Source: Candidatus Dojkabacteria bacterium (GTDB lineage: Bacteria; Patescibacteriota; Dojkabacteria; SC72). Taken from it: 64,000 nucleotides of DNA. A program made the position numbers and the translations under genes. Position 1 is the stretch's first letter. Each line of letters begins with the position of its first letter. This document shows positions 54,565 through 63,473 of the stretch, one piece after another. A model generated the notes under the pieces. The model did no database searches, was not told where the DNA came from, and worked only from the letters and a program-made list of their open reading frames with translations. The stretch is from contig DUTP01000003.1 of the NCBI GenBank assembly GCA_012842045.1, positions 66,532 to 130,531 on the forward strand. The letters are read 5' to 3'.

Positions 54565-55255
54565 TGTAACTGTTTTCAACATGTTTTTTAGCTCCAAGTA
54601 AAATTTGTTTAAGCTCCTTCTCTGTAAAGGAGTTTGAACTATCTAAAGTCTCATCTATTGTTTTCCCTGATCTAAAATTCTGAATATAATATTTCTTAGC
54701 TCCTTTAATCATAGCAGCAATCTTTGCTCCATCTTCTATACTATGTATCCCTTTAACAACTGTTGTTCTAAACTCATAATCTATTCCTGAGTTCATAATA
54801 ATCTCAATTGATTTCTCTACTTTCTCAACAGCTTTTTTATCACCACTAAACTTTGTATAGTCATCTTTAGACCACTTAACATCCATTGCTATATAATCTA
54901 ATAGCCCTTTTTTTAGTAACTGTTTTAATTCTTTTGGGAAAAAACCATTAGTATCAAGTTTAATAAGAAAGTCCATTTCCCTAATTCTCTCTATAAGTAA
55001 ACCAATATCCTTCCATATTAGAGGTTCTCCTCCTGTAATCACAACAGCATCTATCAAACCTTTCCTTCCCTTAAGATAATGGAAAAACTCTTCTTCTTTG
55101 ATCTCAATATCACTATCCAGAGGGTATATAACTAACTCTGGATTATGACAAAAAGAACATTTTAAATTACAACCATAAGTAAAGAGGACAACTGACACCT
55201 TGCCTGGATAATCAAGCAAAGAAACCTTCTCTAATCCTCCAATTTTAAGTATCAT
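54557..55255 (-). CDS. nrdG: Anaerobic ribonucleoside-triphosphate reductase activating protein (radical SAM)
   Basis: CNLKCSFCHN radical-SAM CxxxCxxC near the N-terminus; size and position downstream of nrdD. Confidence 0.85.
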   Translation of the reverse strand: MILKIGGLEKVSLLDYPGKVSVVLFTYGCNLKCSFCHNPELVIYPLDSDIEIKEEEFFHYLKGRKGLIDAVVITGGEPLIWKDIGLLIERIREMDFLIKLDTNGFFPKELKQLLKKGLLDYIAMDVKWSKDDYTKFSGDKKAVEKVEKSIEIIMNSGIDYEFRTTVVKGIHSIEDGAKIAAMIKGAKKYYIQNFRSGKTIDETLDSSNSFTEKELKQILLGAKKHVENSYIR

Positions 55256-55427
55256 TCTTAATTCTTACAGCCACAAACCTTAAACATCTTTCTATCAGAC
55301 CATTCGGCTTGTTTACCAATATTCCACTGAGAGATAGGTCTAATATATCCTACGACTCTGGAATATACCTCACATTTCTGTCTTTTTACTTTCTTCATTG
55401 TAGTTTGTAAATAATAATTTAAATAAA

Positions 55428-58400
55428 TTAATCACTAAATGGCATACCCTCTTTATAACCAACTTCAGCATCACACTTAGGGCAATACTCGTGTTCACCA
55501 GAAATATATCCATGTTTAGGACAAATACTAAATGTAGGAGTCAATGAAAAGTAAGGTAGTTTATAATTCTCAGCAACTTTCCTAACCAAATTCTTTACAG
55601 CCTCAGTAGAGGAAATCCTCTCGCCAACATATATATGCTGCACTGTACCACCTGTATATGCAGCCTGAAAATCGTCCTGTATTTCCAAAGCCTCAAAAAT
55701 ATCGTTTGTAGCACCAACTGCTAACTGAGAACTATTAGTATAGTAAGGCTCAATATTCTTACCTTTGTGAACACCTATATCCGCAGCTGTAATAATTGCA
55801 TCTCCAAATTTCTTTTTGTCAGCTTTTGCAAACTTGTATGTAGTACTTTCTCCTGGTGTTGCCTCTAAATTAAATAACTCATTTGTTTCGTTCTGATAAT
55901 CCTTAAGCCTATCTCTCATATGTTCCATAATCTCAAGACCGAACTTTCTTCCTTCCTTAGAGGTAATATCTTTCTTTGTATCACCAAAGAAATTAATCAA
56001 AGATTCATTAAGACCAAGAATACCAATTGTATTAAAGTGATTCTTATAGTACTCTCCAAACCTCTTCTTAATGTCTGCAAGGTAGAATTTGGAGTATGGA
56101 TAAAGACCTTTATCTGCATATTTTTCAATGAAGCTCCTCTTAATTATCAGACTTTCTTTTGCAAGATCCATCAAATCATCTAACCTTTTGAAGTAATCCT
56201 TCTTATCTTGAGCTAAGAAACCAATTCTAGGAAGATTGATTGTTACAACACCAATACTACCCGTCAAAGGATTTGCTCCAAATAGTCCTCCTCCTCTCTT
56301 TCTCAACTCCCTATTATCAAGTCTTAACCTGCAACACATACTTCTTGCGTCATCAGGACTCATGTCAGAATTAATGAAGTTTGAGAAATAAGGTATGCCG
56401 TACTTAGCAGTCATATCCCAAATAGGTTCATAGTCTGGATTATCCCAATCAAAGTCCTTAGTTATATTATAAGTTGGAATAGGGAAAGAGAAGAGTCTCC
56501 CTTGAGCATCTCCTTCAACCATAATCTCACAGAATGCTTTGTTAAGCATCCCCATCTCTTTCTGGAAATCCTTGTACTTCTCTTTCTGGACTTTACCTCC
56601 AATAATTACACCTTGTTCTGCTAATTCACCACTGGGGATCAAATCCATAGTTATATTAGTAAATGGAGTATTACCAGTAACAAACACTTTACCTTTTCTT
56701 CTTGCAATAATTGTTTCGTTCTTAGTGTGAGGACACCAGATAATACCCTCATAATCAACTTTTTTAACATTCTTAATATATGTTTCCTGATGTTTAATTA
56801 TTCTAACTACAAAAACATCCTTAGTTCCAATCGTAGGCTTTCTTACTAAAACAGTAGAACCGTAACCGCAATTAGTAGCAATTATTTGTAACTGATTTAC
56901 AATATCAACATCTGTAACTGAAATCCTATCCTCTCCCCATCCATCACCTTTCATGTATGTTTCTAAGAATAGGCGTGATTGTTCTTCATTTAATTTTAGT
57001 ATAGAAGACGGGATATGTTTTACACTACTATCAGAATCAAACCATTTGTGTATCACTTTTGAACTCTCTGCATTTAATCTCAAACCTACAACAGGATTAC
57101 CTAGACCAACTGTTGTATTTTCGGAATATGTAAACTTAAAATGGTCTAAAAGCTTCTTGATCTCTTCATATTTCTTTTTGTTTTTTACCTTAGACTGATA
57201 AATAGTCACTCTCTTACAACTTCTTGTTTTAATTCCTCTCTCAATACTACCCTCTGAGATAATCCATGCCATAAGGGCAATCTGCTCATCACTCATAGCT
57301 GATTTCTTGTTACTATTCTTACCAGAAAGAGGAATGATAAATGGAGACTTTAAATCCATAACTTCTTCGACAGGTTGCAAGATATATTTATCACCACTGA
57401 AAAGCTTCCTTACAACTCTATGATTAGGCGATATCAACTGATCTTGTATTCTGTTTTTAAGATTAAACATATGTCCTTTGTACTTCTTCTTAAAAACAGA
57501 AGTAACAGTTTGATCTTCAATCTCTCCACTATCTAAATTAAATGTCTTTATCACAACTCCTTCTTCAATATCCTCATATGTTTTCCAACCATCAGGAGTT
57601 AAAATCTCTGTATCTTCTGACACACACTGACAACCAACCCTTGTCGGTACATTCATGTTATACAAAAACTCCTGCATCTTCTGTTTAACTTCTTTGTAAG
57701 TAAGTTTGTCATATCTAATAAAAGGGGCTAGGTATGTATCAAAACTGGAGAATGCCTGGGCACCTGCAGCCTCGTGCTGAAGAGTATAAAGAAAGTTTAC
57801 ACACTGACCAAGAGCTGTACTAAAATGTTTAGGAGGTGCAGAAGAAATTTTACCAGGGACACCTGTAAACCCTTTTAGTAACAAATCTTCCAAACTCCAA
57901 CCACAACAATATGTAGCTAACATCCCTAAATCATGTATATGTAAATCCTTGTTAATATTTGCATTGGAAATCTCCTTAGGATATATACTATGAAGCCAAT
58001 AGTTAGATTGAATAGCAGTAGAGATATAGTAGTTTAAACCTTGCCATGAGTAAGACTTACTACTGTTCTCATTAACCTGCCAATCCGACTTGTCAATATA
58101 ATCATTAATAAGAGAGTTAACATCTATCAAAGATTTAATATTCTTAACCTTGTTTCTTAAATCTACAAAAAGATTAAAAGCAACAGAAGTCTTACCATGT
58201 CCCATATCTAGTAAAGTCTGGATAACAATCTCTCCAATATCTTTGGTCTTTACAGTACCTTTAAACTTCTCGTTAATTCTTTTAATTACCTCATCAGCTA
58301 CCTCCTCAGCTCTCTCTCTATCCTTACCACCAACACTCTCAGCAGCTTTAAATATTCCACTTACAATTCTCTCTCTACTAAAATCAACAATCCTACCATC

Positions 58401-58460
58401 TCTCTTCTCAACTTGTAGAGGCTTTTTGGTCTTTGCGGAAACTCTTTTTTTGTCGGGCAT
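55428..58460 (-). CDS. nrdD: Anaerobic (class III) ribonucleoside-triphosphate reductase NrdD, interrupted in-frame by a 319-aa intein
   Basis: N-terminal ATP-cone (VEKRDGRIVDFSRERIVSGIF), DLHIHDL, extein motifs SMCCRLRLD...GGGLFGANPLTGSIGVVTINLPRIG, and the C-terminal glycyl-radical/Zn region FSICPKHGY...CPKC. The conserved PTRVGCQ|TPFTN block is split by an intein. Confidence 0.9.
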   Translation of the reverse strand: MPDKKRVSAKTKKPLQVEKRDGRIVDFSRERIVSGIFKAAESVGGKDRERAEEVADEVIKRINEKFKGTVKTKDIGEIVIQTLLDMGHGKTSVAFNLFVDLRNKVKNIKSLIDVNSLINDYIDKSDWQVNENSSKSYSWQGLNYYISTAIQSNYWLHSIYPKEISNANINKDLHIHDLGMLATYCCGWSLEDLLLKGFTGVPGKISSAPPKHFSTALGQCVNFLYTLQHEAAGAQAFSSFDTYLAPFIRYDKLTYKEVKQKMQEFLYNMNVPTRVGCQCVSEDTEILTPDGWKTYEDIEEGVVIKTFNLDSGEIEDQTVTSVFKKKYKGHMFNLKNRIQDQLISPNHRVVRKLFSGDKYILQPVEEVMDLKSPFIIPLSGKNSNKKSAMSDEQIALMAWIISEGSIERGIKTRSCKRVTIYQSKVKNKKKYEEIKKLLDHFKFTYSENTTVGLGNPVVGLRLNAESSKVIHKWFDSDSSVKHIPSSILKLNEEQSRLFLETYMKGDGWGEDRISVTDVDIVNQLQIIATNCGYGSTVLVRKPTIGTKDVFVVRIIKHQETYIKNVKKVDYEGIIWCPHTKNETIIARRKGKVFVTGNTPFTNITMDLIPSGELAEQGVIIGGKVQKEKYKDFQKEMGMLNKAFCEIMVEGDAQGRLFSFPIPTYNITKDFDWDNPDYEPIWDMTAKYGIPYFSNFINSDMSPDDARSMCCRLRLDNRELRKRGGGLFGANPLTGSIGVVTINLPRIGFLAQDKKDYFKRLDDLMDLAKESLIIKRSFIEKYADKGLYPYSKFYLADIKKRFGEYYKNHFNTIGILGLNESLINFFGDTKKDITSKEGRKFGLEIMEHMRDRLKDYQNETNELFNLEATPGESTTYKFAKADKKKFGDAIITAADIGVHKGKNIEPYYTNSSQLAVGATNDIFEALEIQDDFQAAYTGGTVQHIYVGERISSTEAVKNLVRKVAENYKLPYFSLTPTFSICPKHGYISGEHEYCPKCDAEVGYKEGMPFSD
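56670..57626 (-). mobile_element. Intein (Hint domain plus LAGLIDADG-type homing endonuclease region) inside nrdD
   Basis: Begins CVSEDTEILTPDG (intein block A) and ends ...VFVTGN followed by extein Thr. Internal LAGLIDADG-like blocks IALMAWIISEGSI and LFLETYMKGDGWG. The flanking extein reconstitutes GCQTPFTN, the NrdD consensus. Confidence 0.75.
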
Positions 58461-58477
58461 GTTTTTAGACAGTAAAT

Positions 58478-58924
58478 TTAATTCTCTAGTTCTCTTATTT
58501 CTTTTTTAATGTCATCTAAATTCTCAAACTCCTTGTATACAGAAGCAAACCTAATATATGCAAGAGGATCCTTATCCTTCAACCATTCCAAAGTCTTAAG
58601 TCCAATATCTTTAGTCTTTACAATCTCCTCACTGTTAAATACAAACCTCTCTATCTCCTCTGCAAAAAGAGATATCTCCTCTTCAGTAACCTTATCCAAA
58701 TCAACAGCCTTTTTAATACCTTTTACTACCTTCTGTATATCAAATTTTTCTAAAGAGCCATCTTTCTTTTCAACACTAATATCCAACTTCTCCAATCTCT
58801 CATATGTTGTAAATCTCTTGTTACATCTTAGACATTGCCTTCTCCTTCTTGTCGAGTTCTCTTCGTTGTTATCCCTCTTATCTACAACTTTTGTAATTTG
58901 ACACTCACAAAAAGGACACTTCAT
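58478..58924 (-). CDS. nrdR: Transcriptional repressor NrdR (zinc ribbon plus ATP-cone)
   Basis: Starts MKCPFCE...CLRCNKRFTTYE (zinc ribbon), then an ATP-cone (VEKKDGSLEKFD...). True start at the internal MKCPFC; the ORF-track extension upstream is non-homologous. Confidence 0.85.
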   Translation of the reverse strand: MKCPFCECQITKVVDKRDNNEENSTRRRRQCLRCNKRFTTYERLEKLDISVEKKDGSLEKFDIQKVVKGIKKAVDLDKVTEEEISLFAEEIERFVFNSEEIVKTKDIGLKTLEWLKDKDPLAYIRFASVYKEFENLDDIKKEIRELEN

Positions 58925-58931
58925 ACCATGT

Positions 58932-58947
58932 ATACAACATATTGTGT
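58932..58947 (-). promoter_or_regulatory. NrdR-box-like palindrome ACACAATATGTTGTAT (13/16 match to consensus acaCwAtATaTwGtgt) 8 bp upstream of the nrdR start codon
   Basis: Read on the minus strand. Implies autoregulation and/or control of the nrdR-nrdD transcript. Confidence 0.4.
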
Positions 58948-59142
58948 TATGTGTTACACCATAACCCAACCTGTTGTGGTTGGTCAACGACTTATAGTAT
59001 GATAATTTTCATCCAAATTAAACTATATTCGTCAATTCAACAGAAATCGTAAAAGAGAAAAATGTTATAAGCTTCATTACAAAATTTTGACAATTCAGGG
59101 TAGGGTAGGTAAGATGTTTAATTAAGTTGTGAATATTTTTTT

Positions 59143-59640
59143 ATGATTATACCCCTAGAAGATTTCCCTAAGTTAAGGGAAGAGAAGTTAAAAGGAAAGA
59201 AGATTGTAGCTACTTGTGGTTTCTACGATCCTATTCATCCTGGACATATTTCTTGTATAAGAGAGTCCAAGAAGTTTGGGGATGTGTTGGTTGTTATCGT
59301 GAATGGAGATCAGCAGTGTGTTACTAAAAAAGGTAAACCTTTTATGCCTGCAGATGTAAGAGCATATATTGTAGATAGTCTTAAAGACGTTGACTATGTA
59401 GTTATATATGATCACCCAACAAAGTATGATAGTAGTGAAGCACTAAAGATTGTTCGACCAGATGTATTTACAAAGGGTGGGGATAGAGTATATCCTCCTA
59501 CAGGACCTTTAGCTATTGATGTTGCAGCTCTAGAAGAGGTAGGAGCAAGGACAGAATATAACGTAGGAGATCCAAAAATGTGGTCTAGTTCTAACTACCT
59601 ACAAGAATGGGTTGATTTTGTAAACTCACAACAGGCCTGA
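59143..59640 (+). CDS. Cytidylyltransferase-like nucleotidyltransferase (HxGH family; TagD/RfaE-domain-II-like)
   Basis: ATCGFYDPIHPGHISCI contains the (H/T)xGH nucleotidyltransferase motif. Confidence 0.55.
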   Translation: MIIPLEDFPKLREEKLKGKKIVATCGFYDPIHPGHISCIRESKKFGDVLVVIVNGDQQCVTKKGKPFMPADVRAYIVDSLKDVDYVVIYDHPTKYDSSEALKIVRPDVFTKGGDRVYPPTGPLAIDVAALEEVGARTEYNVGDPKMWSSSNYLQEWVDFVNSQQA

Positions 59641-59660
59641 CCTAGGTCTGGCCTTTGTTC
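59634..59660 (+). terminator. Near-perfect 20-nt palindrome GGCCTGACCTAGGTCTGGCC overlapping the stop codon, followed by TTTGTTC
   Basis: Read directly. Hairpin plus T-tract is typical of an intrinsic terminator. A related GGCAGACCTAGGCCAGACC sits at the other end of the intergenic region, abutting the trxB stop. Confidence 0.45.
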
Positions 59661-59840
59661 AGAACTTTTTAATAAGTTCAACATCTTCACTTCTTACAAA
59701 CCTTTTTGAGGTGTGTGTTCCTGTGTCTGGACTTGTAAGATAGACTGTCTACCAAAGCCGAGGGCTAGGAAGCCTTTTGGCATGTGCACAAACCTTGAGA
59801 TTAAAATTTTCTTACCGTGGGGCAGACCTAGGCCAGACCT

Positions 59841-60764
59841 CTAAGATTGTTTGAGGTACATATATATGGAGTTTGCAGCAACTACACCTTCACTTGCAGC
59901 TGTGACAGCCTGTTTGAGATAGTTTGAATTTGTAGTACAGTCTCCTGCAGCCCATATACCTTCCATATTTGTTTTCTGTTCTTGATCTACAACGATATAG
60001 TTATGGTCATCTATCTTAACACCCATCTCTAATGGGAGAGTGATATTAGGTTCAGAACCAATCTCTATGAAAATGCCATCTAATTTAAGGCTCTCAGAGC
60101 CATTGTAAGGCTTAGAAAGCTTTACTCCCTCTAATCGTCCATTACCATTAAGTTCAGTCAATAGGGTTTGGTATATAATTTCAATATTCTCTTTCTCTTG
60201 TGCTTGAGAAGCCCATGCAGGTTCTCCTCTTAGCTCATTACCTCTGTAGATAATATATACCTTCTCAGCGATATCAGAGAGCATTACAGCAGCCATAGTT
60301 GCAGCACTACTACCTCCAATTACTCCAACTGTTTTACCTCTGTAAAACATACCATCACATGTAGCACAGTATGATACACCTTTACCTAAATATTTATCTT
60401 CACCTGGTATAGCTAATTTATTCCTATCTGTTCCTGTAGCGAGTATTACTGTTTTAGCTACATACACCTTTTCATTATCAGAAGTTAGTTTGAATATGTC
60501 ACCATCCTTCTTAATATCAACAATACTTTCATTAACTATCTCTCCTCCTTCCTTTTTAGCATGGTTATACATCTTCATACCTAATTCCATACCAGTAATT
60601 TCTTCATATCCGGGATAGTTACATATTTTATGTCCTTCTGTAATAGTACCACCTGGTGTTTTACCAAATACAATATTTTTTAGTTTGTATCTACTTGAAT
60701 ATATGCTTGCACTTAGTCCTGCTGGTCCTGTTCCAATTATGGCTACATCGTAGATTTCTTTCAT
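59841..60764 (-). CDS. trxB: Thioredoxin-disulfide reductase
   Basis: FAD motif VAIIGTGPAGLSASIY, redox-active CATCDG, NADPH motif GGSSAA. Confidence 0.85.
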   Translation of the reverse strand: MKEIYDVAIIGTGPAGLSASIYSSRYKLKNIVFGKTPGGTITEGHKICNYPGYEEITGMELGMKMYNHAKKEGGEIVNESIVDIKKDGDIFKLTSDNEKVYVAKTVILATGTDRNKLAIPGEDKYLGKGVSYCATCDGMFYRGKTVGVIGGSSAATMAAVMLSDIAEKVYIIYRGNELRGEPAWASQAQEKENIEIIYQTLLTELNGNGRLEGVKLSKPYNGSESLKLDGIFIEIGSEPNITLPLEMGVKIDDHNYIVVDQEQKTNMEGIWAAGDCTTNSNYLKQAVTAASEGVVAANSIYMYLKQS

Positions 60765-60903
60765 TTTTATATATGTTTTAAATACAACTTAGACAGATGT
60801 ATTTTAGCACAGATGTTGGTTGTGTGGAAAAACGACCTGAGGGAACCGTACACACATGTAAAATGTTGAGCATTAAAGCTCTGTGTACGGTTCCTCCAAA
60901 GGT

Positions 60904-61449
60904 CTAATTTAATGAAAAGAATTGTGTATCAGATAAAGTCCATATTTGGACTTCGTCCCCGTTTTCCAAAAAAGCTTGTTTTTTGGATAAGTCCCAAACA
61001 ACAGTTTCTATACCCATACCTTTGCAATTCTGTTGGCTTATATATATTGTCCCCAGATCTTTAAAAGAATATGGATTAACAATGGGATTATCCCACTGGC
61101 AAATTTTCTCCCCATCTTTGTAGAAGGAGAGATAATATAAATCATCTTCTTCACGATTTGTCAGTAGTATATATGTCCCAGATGGGACCACTTCCTTTTC
61201 GGGATAGACGATTTCCTGTGCATTCGGAACAATGTTCCCCAATTGACGCTTTAAGGAAGCGTATTCACGCTCCCATTCCTTGTTTTTTTCTTCTGTCTCT
61301 TCCATCCCCTTAAAGAAGATGAAGTTTACCAATACAGCAAATGCGATCAGAAATATAACAACTAAAAAAAACTCTTTGACTTTTTCTTTTTTCATTTTTT
61401 CTCCTTCTCCCAATATGGGAAACTTTATTTTTTGATTTAATAACGACAA
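60904..61449 (-). CDS. Membrane-anchored hypothetical protein (181 aa)
   Basis: N-terminal TM (FLVVIFLIAFAVLVNFIFF), extracytoplasmic body, no recognisable domain. Confidence 0.35.
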   Translation of the reverse strand: MSLLNQKIKFPILGEGEKMKKEKVKEFFLVVIFLIAFAVLVNFIFFKGMEETEEKNKEWEREYASLKRQLGNIVPNAQEIVYPEKEVVPSGTYILLTNREEDDLYYLSFYKDGEKICQWDNPIVNPYSFKDLGTIYISQQNCKGMGIETVVWDLSKKQAFLENGDEVQIWTLSDTQFFSLN

Positions 61450-61583
61450 ACAAGCATCTAAACAAATAAATGCCTCTATGTCGTTATTAAACCTAGGAGA
61501 ATAATTAGACCTTTGTTAATGAGCAGTTCAGGATCTTTTACAATCCTATAGTATTATACCATAAAATGATAGATAAAAGCAAC

Positions 61584-62375
61584 CTATACCTTCTCTACAC
61601 CCCAACTAAGAGTATTAGTAAGTATAGTAGGGGAATCCTTTCTAACAATAACCATATATTCAAACATAACAGCATTACCACCATTAACAGTCCTAGCACT
61701 CCAATCATCTTCATCAATATGAACACCATCAACATCATCTACAACCTGACACTCTATACAGATAACCATACCATCCTCTAGGAGAGAACCTGTACCTCTC
61801 TTTCCAAAAGCAGGAATCTCAGGGTCTTCATGTAAACTCTTACCAACACCATGTCCAACATAAACACTTAAAACATTAAAACCATTTCTTTTAGCTTCCT
61901 TTTCCATTTCATAACCTAAATCTCCTGTTCTGTTACCTGCTACAGCTTGAGGAATTGCATTCTCAACTGCATTTCTACCAGCCTGAAGTAATTTCATCTT
62001 CTCTTCATCAGCCTTACCTATACACCATGTCCAACAATGATCTGTATACATCTTTTTATATACAATTCCAAAATCAATAGATACTAAATCACCTTTTTTA
62101 AGAGGTATATCATTAGGAATACCATGTACAGCTACATCATTAACAGAGATACATGTGTTATGGTAATAGTCTTTAACTCTCTTAAAACTAGGATGTACCT
62201 TATACTCTCTACAAAGCTCTCCAGCATACTCATCAATTTCAAGAGGTGTTACACCCTCCTTAACCATATCTCCAAGCTTAGAGAGTATCTCTACCGATAT
62301 CTTAGCTGCTTCTGTAATTAAACTTTCTTCTCTATTGTTTTGTATTATCACAACTTCATTATACAAAAAGAACAA
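61584..62375 (-). CDS. map: Methionine aminopeptidase type I
   Basis: Pita-bread metal ligands in GDLVSIDFGIVYKKMYTDHCWTW, VGHGVGKSLHEDP, and ICIECQ. Confidence 0.85.
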   Translation of the reverse strand: MFFLYNEVVIIQNNREESLITEAAKISVEILSKLGDMVKEGVTPLEIDEYAGELCREYKVHPSFKRVKDYYHNTCISVNDVAVHGIPNDIPLKKGDLVSIDFGIVYKKMYTDHCWTWCIGKADEEKMKLLQAGRNAVENAIPQAVAGNRTGDLGYEMEKEAKRNGFNVLSVYVGHGVGKSLHEDPEIPAFGKRGTGSLLEDGMVICIECQVVDDVDGVHIDEDDWSARTVNGGNAVMFEYMVIVRKDSPTILTNTLSWGVEKV

Positions 62376-62466
62376 GAAAACCCCAAATATGACAACAATG
62401 AAGTTAAAAACTTAATGAAAATCTAAGTTAATCTAGATTTAATATCCTTCTTTTAAAATATATATC

Positions 62467-62955
62467 ATGAAAAAAGAAGATAGTTTTAAAGTGAGAAGTG
62501 TCAAAGATTGTTTTAGAAAAAATCTTATTCCTAACAAAGGAAGAATAATTACCAAAAGGAGGAAACCAAGTGAACATGAAATGAAAACAGCCAAACTATT
62601 ACTTGCAAAGTTTGGTGGAACAATTAACTTTTTAGCTGGAAAAGGTGAAATGGGACTTAAAACACCTGATGCTAACTGGTCAGGTAGATTACTTGAGATA
62701 AAAAGAGCAAAAGGAAAATCTAGTGCAGATAGTCAAACTAGAAAAGCTTTAGAACAAATAAAAGGAAATGGTGTAATCCTTCTAGATATTAGTGAAAATA
62801 TAAAAAGTGTTATACAAATCAAACAAGAAATAACACATAGAATTAAGCGAGAAACATCACATAAAAACAAAAAGGATTTAAATCTAAATATCATTATTAT
62901 CAAAAACAGAAGAATTATAGATATCTTGGAAATAACAAAAAAGGTGGAAGCTTAG
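62467..62955 (+). CDS. Basic hypothetical protein with a possible PD-(D/E)xK nuclease-like motif
   Basis: KTPDANWSGRLLEIKRAK gives P-D...E-I-K spacing reminiscent of restriction-endonuclease-fold active sites. Speculative. Confidence 0.3.
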   Translation: MKKEDSFKVRSVKDCFRKNLIPNKGRIITKRRKPSEHEMKTAKLLLAKFGGTINFLAGKGEMGLKTPDANWSGRLLEIKRAKGKSSADSQTRKALEQIKGNGVILLDISENIKSVIQIKQEITHRIKRETSHKNKKDLNLNIIIIKNRRIIDILEITKKVEA

Positions 62956-62987
62956 TCCTGGCACAAAGGGGCCAGGTGGCTTCCACC
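62943..62987 (+). terminator. GC-rich nested hairpin (GGTGGAAGC...GCTTCCACC outer 9-bp stem; CCTGGC...GCCAGG inner stem) spanning the stop codon of the 62467..62955 ORF
   Basis: Inverted repeats read directly. Local GC content is far above the window average. Confidence 0.35.
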
Positions 62988-63124
62988 TCTCTACTTAACA
63001 TTATACCAAAATTTAGATGTAATATCTAATCCTCTTGGGAAACTTTTCGATCGAGATCGTGACTCAAAAACAGACACACAAGCAAAGTAAGGTAAACGAT
63101 AAATAACAACAATACAGCTACCCT

Positions 63125-63172
63125 CAGGGGAGAAATAAGAACTTATTTTTCCCCTGCACTTTCTTTTTTCTC
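63125..63172. terminator. Strong hairpin (15-bp stem CAGGGGAGAAATAAG/CTTATTTTTCCCCTG, one mismatch; 3-nt loop) followed by TTTCTTTTTTCTCT; possibly a bidirectional terminator
   Basis: Read directly. Contains the stop codon of the minus-strand 63143..63430 ORF. T-tract on the plus strand, A-rich upstream. Confidence 0.4.
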
Positions 63173-63430
63173 TCCCCAAATTTTTGTATCCTTATTCTTG
63201 TACCCCAACTCGTATTCTATAGATGTTTTAACAAACCAATGTAAGTATGTTTCCAAGTTAAATGTGTGTTCGTTATCTGTATAAGCTTTTAACCCTACAT
63301 AAAGACCTACTAAAGCGGCTTCATATGCTCTGTCATCTTTGTATTTATCTGCAACAGAGATTGTAAAAGCAACAGCTCGTTGAAATAGTTCCCCTTCTTG
63401 TTTGTTTAATGTCCTCTTAGGTTTATCCAT
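63143..63430 (-). CDS. Sigma-70 region-2-like domain protein (96 aa; fragment or stand-alone)
   Basis: ELFQRAVAFTISVADKY...YTDNEHTFNLETYLHWFVKTSI parallels sigma region 2.1-2.2 (E-L-I-x-E-G-N-I-G-L...F-S-T-Y-A-x-W-W-I-R-Q-A-I). No region 4 follows. Start at the internal MDKPK. Confidence 0.35.
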   Translation of the reverse strand: MDKPKRTLNKQEGELFQRAVAFTISVADKYKDDRAYEAALVGLYVGLKAYTDNEHTFNLETYLHWFVKTSIEYELGYKNKDTKIWGEKKESAGEK

Positions 63431-63473
63431 GATTTCTAGTATAGCCGAATGTTCTCTAAAATAACATGATATT

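Noticed and set aside
55920-58509. Plus-strand ORFs inside nrdD (55920..56183, 56539..56730, 56953..57198, 58150..58509) and 58509..58901 inside nrdR
   Set aside because: Antisense to conserved genes. Spurious.
58925-58987. 21-aa N-terminal extension of the nrdR ORF (MTNHNRLGYGVTHNTICCIHG)
   Set aside because: NrdR universally begins MKCPFC. The extension covers the NrdR-box/promoter region.
62991-63179. 62-aa minus-strand ORF (MGREKRKCRGK...)
   Set aside because: It spans the strong hairpin/terminator at 63125-63156, has no homology-like features, and no plausible RBS. Likely non-coding.
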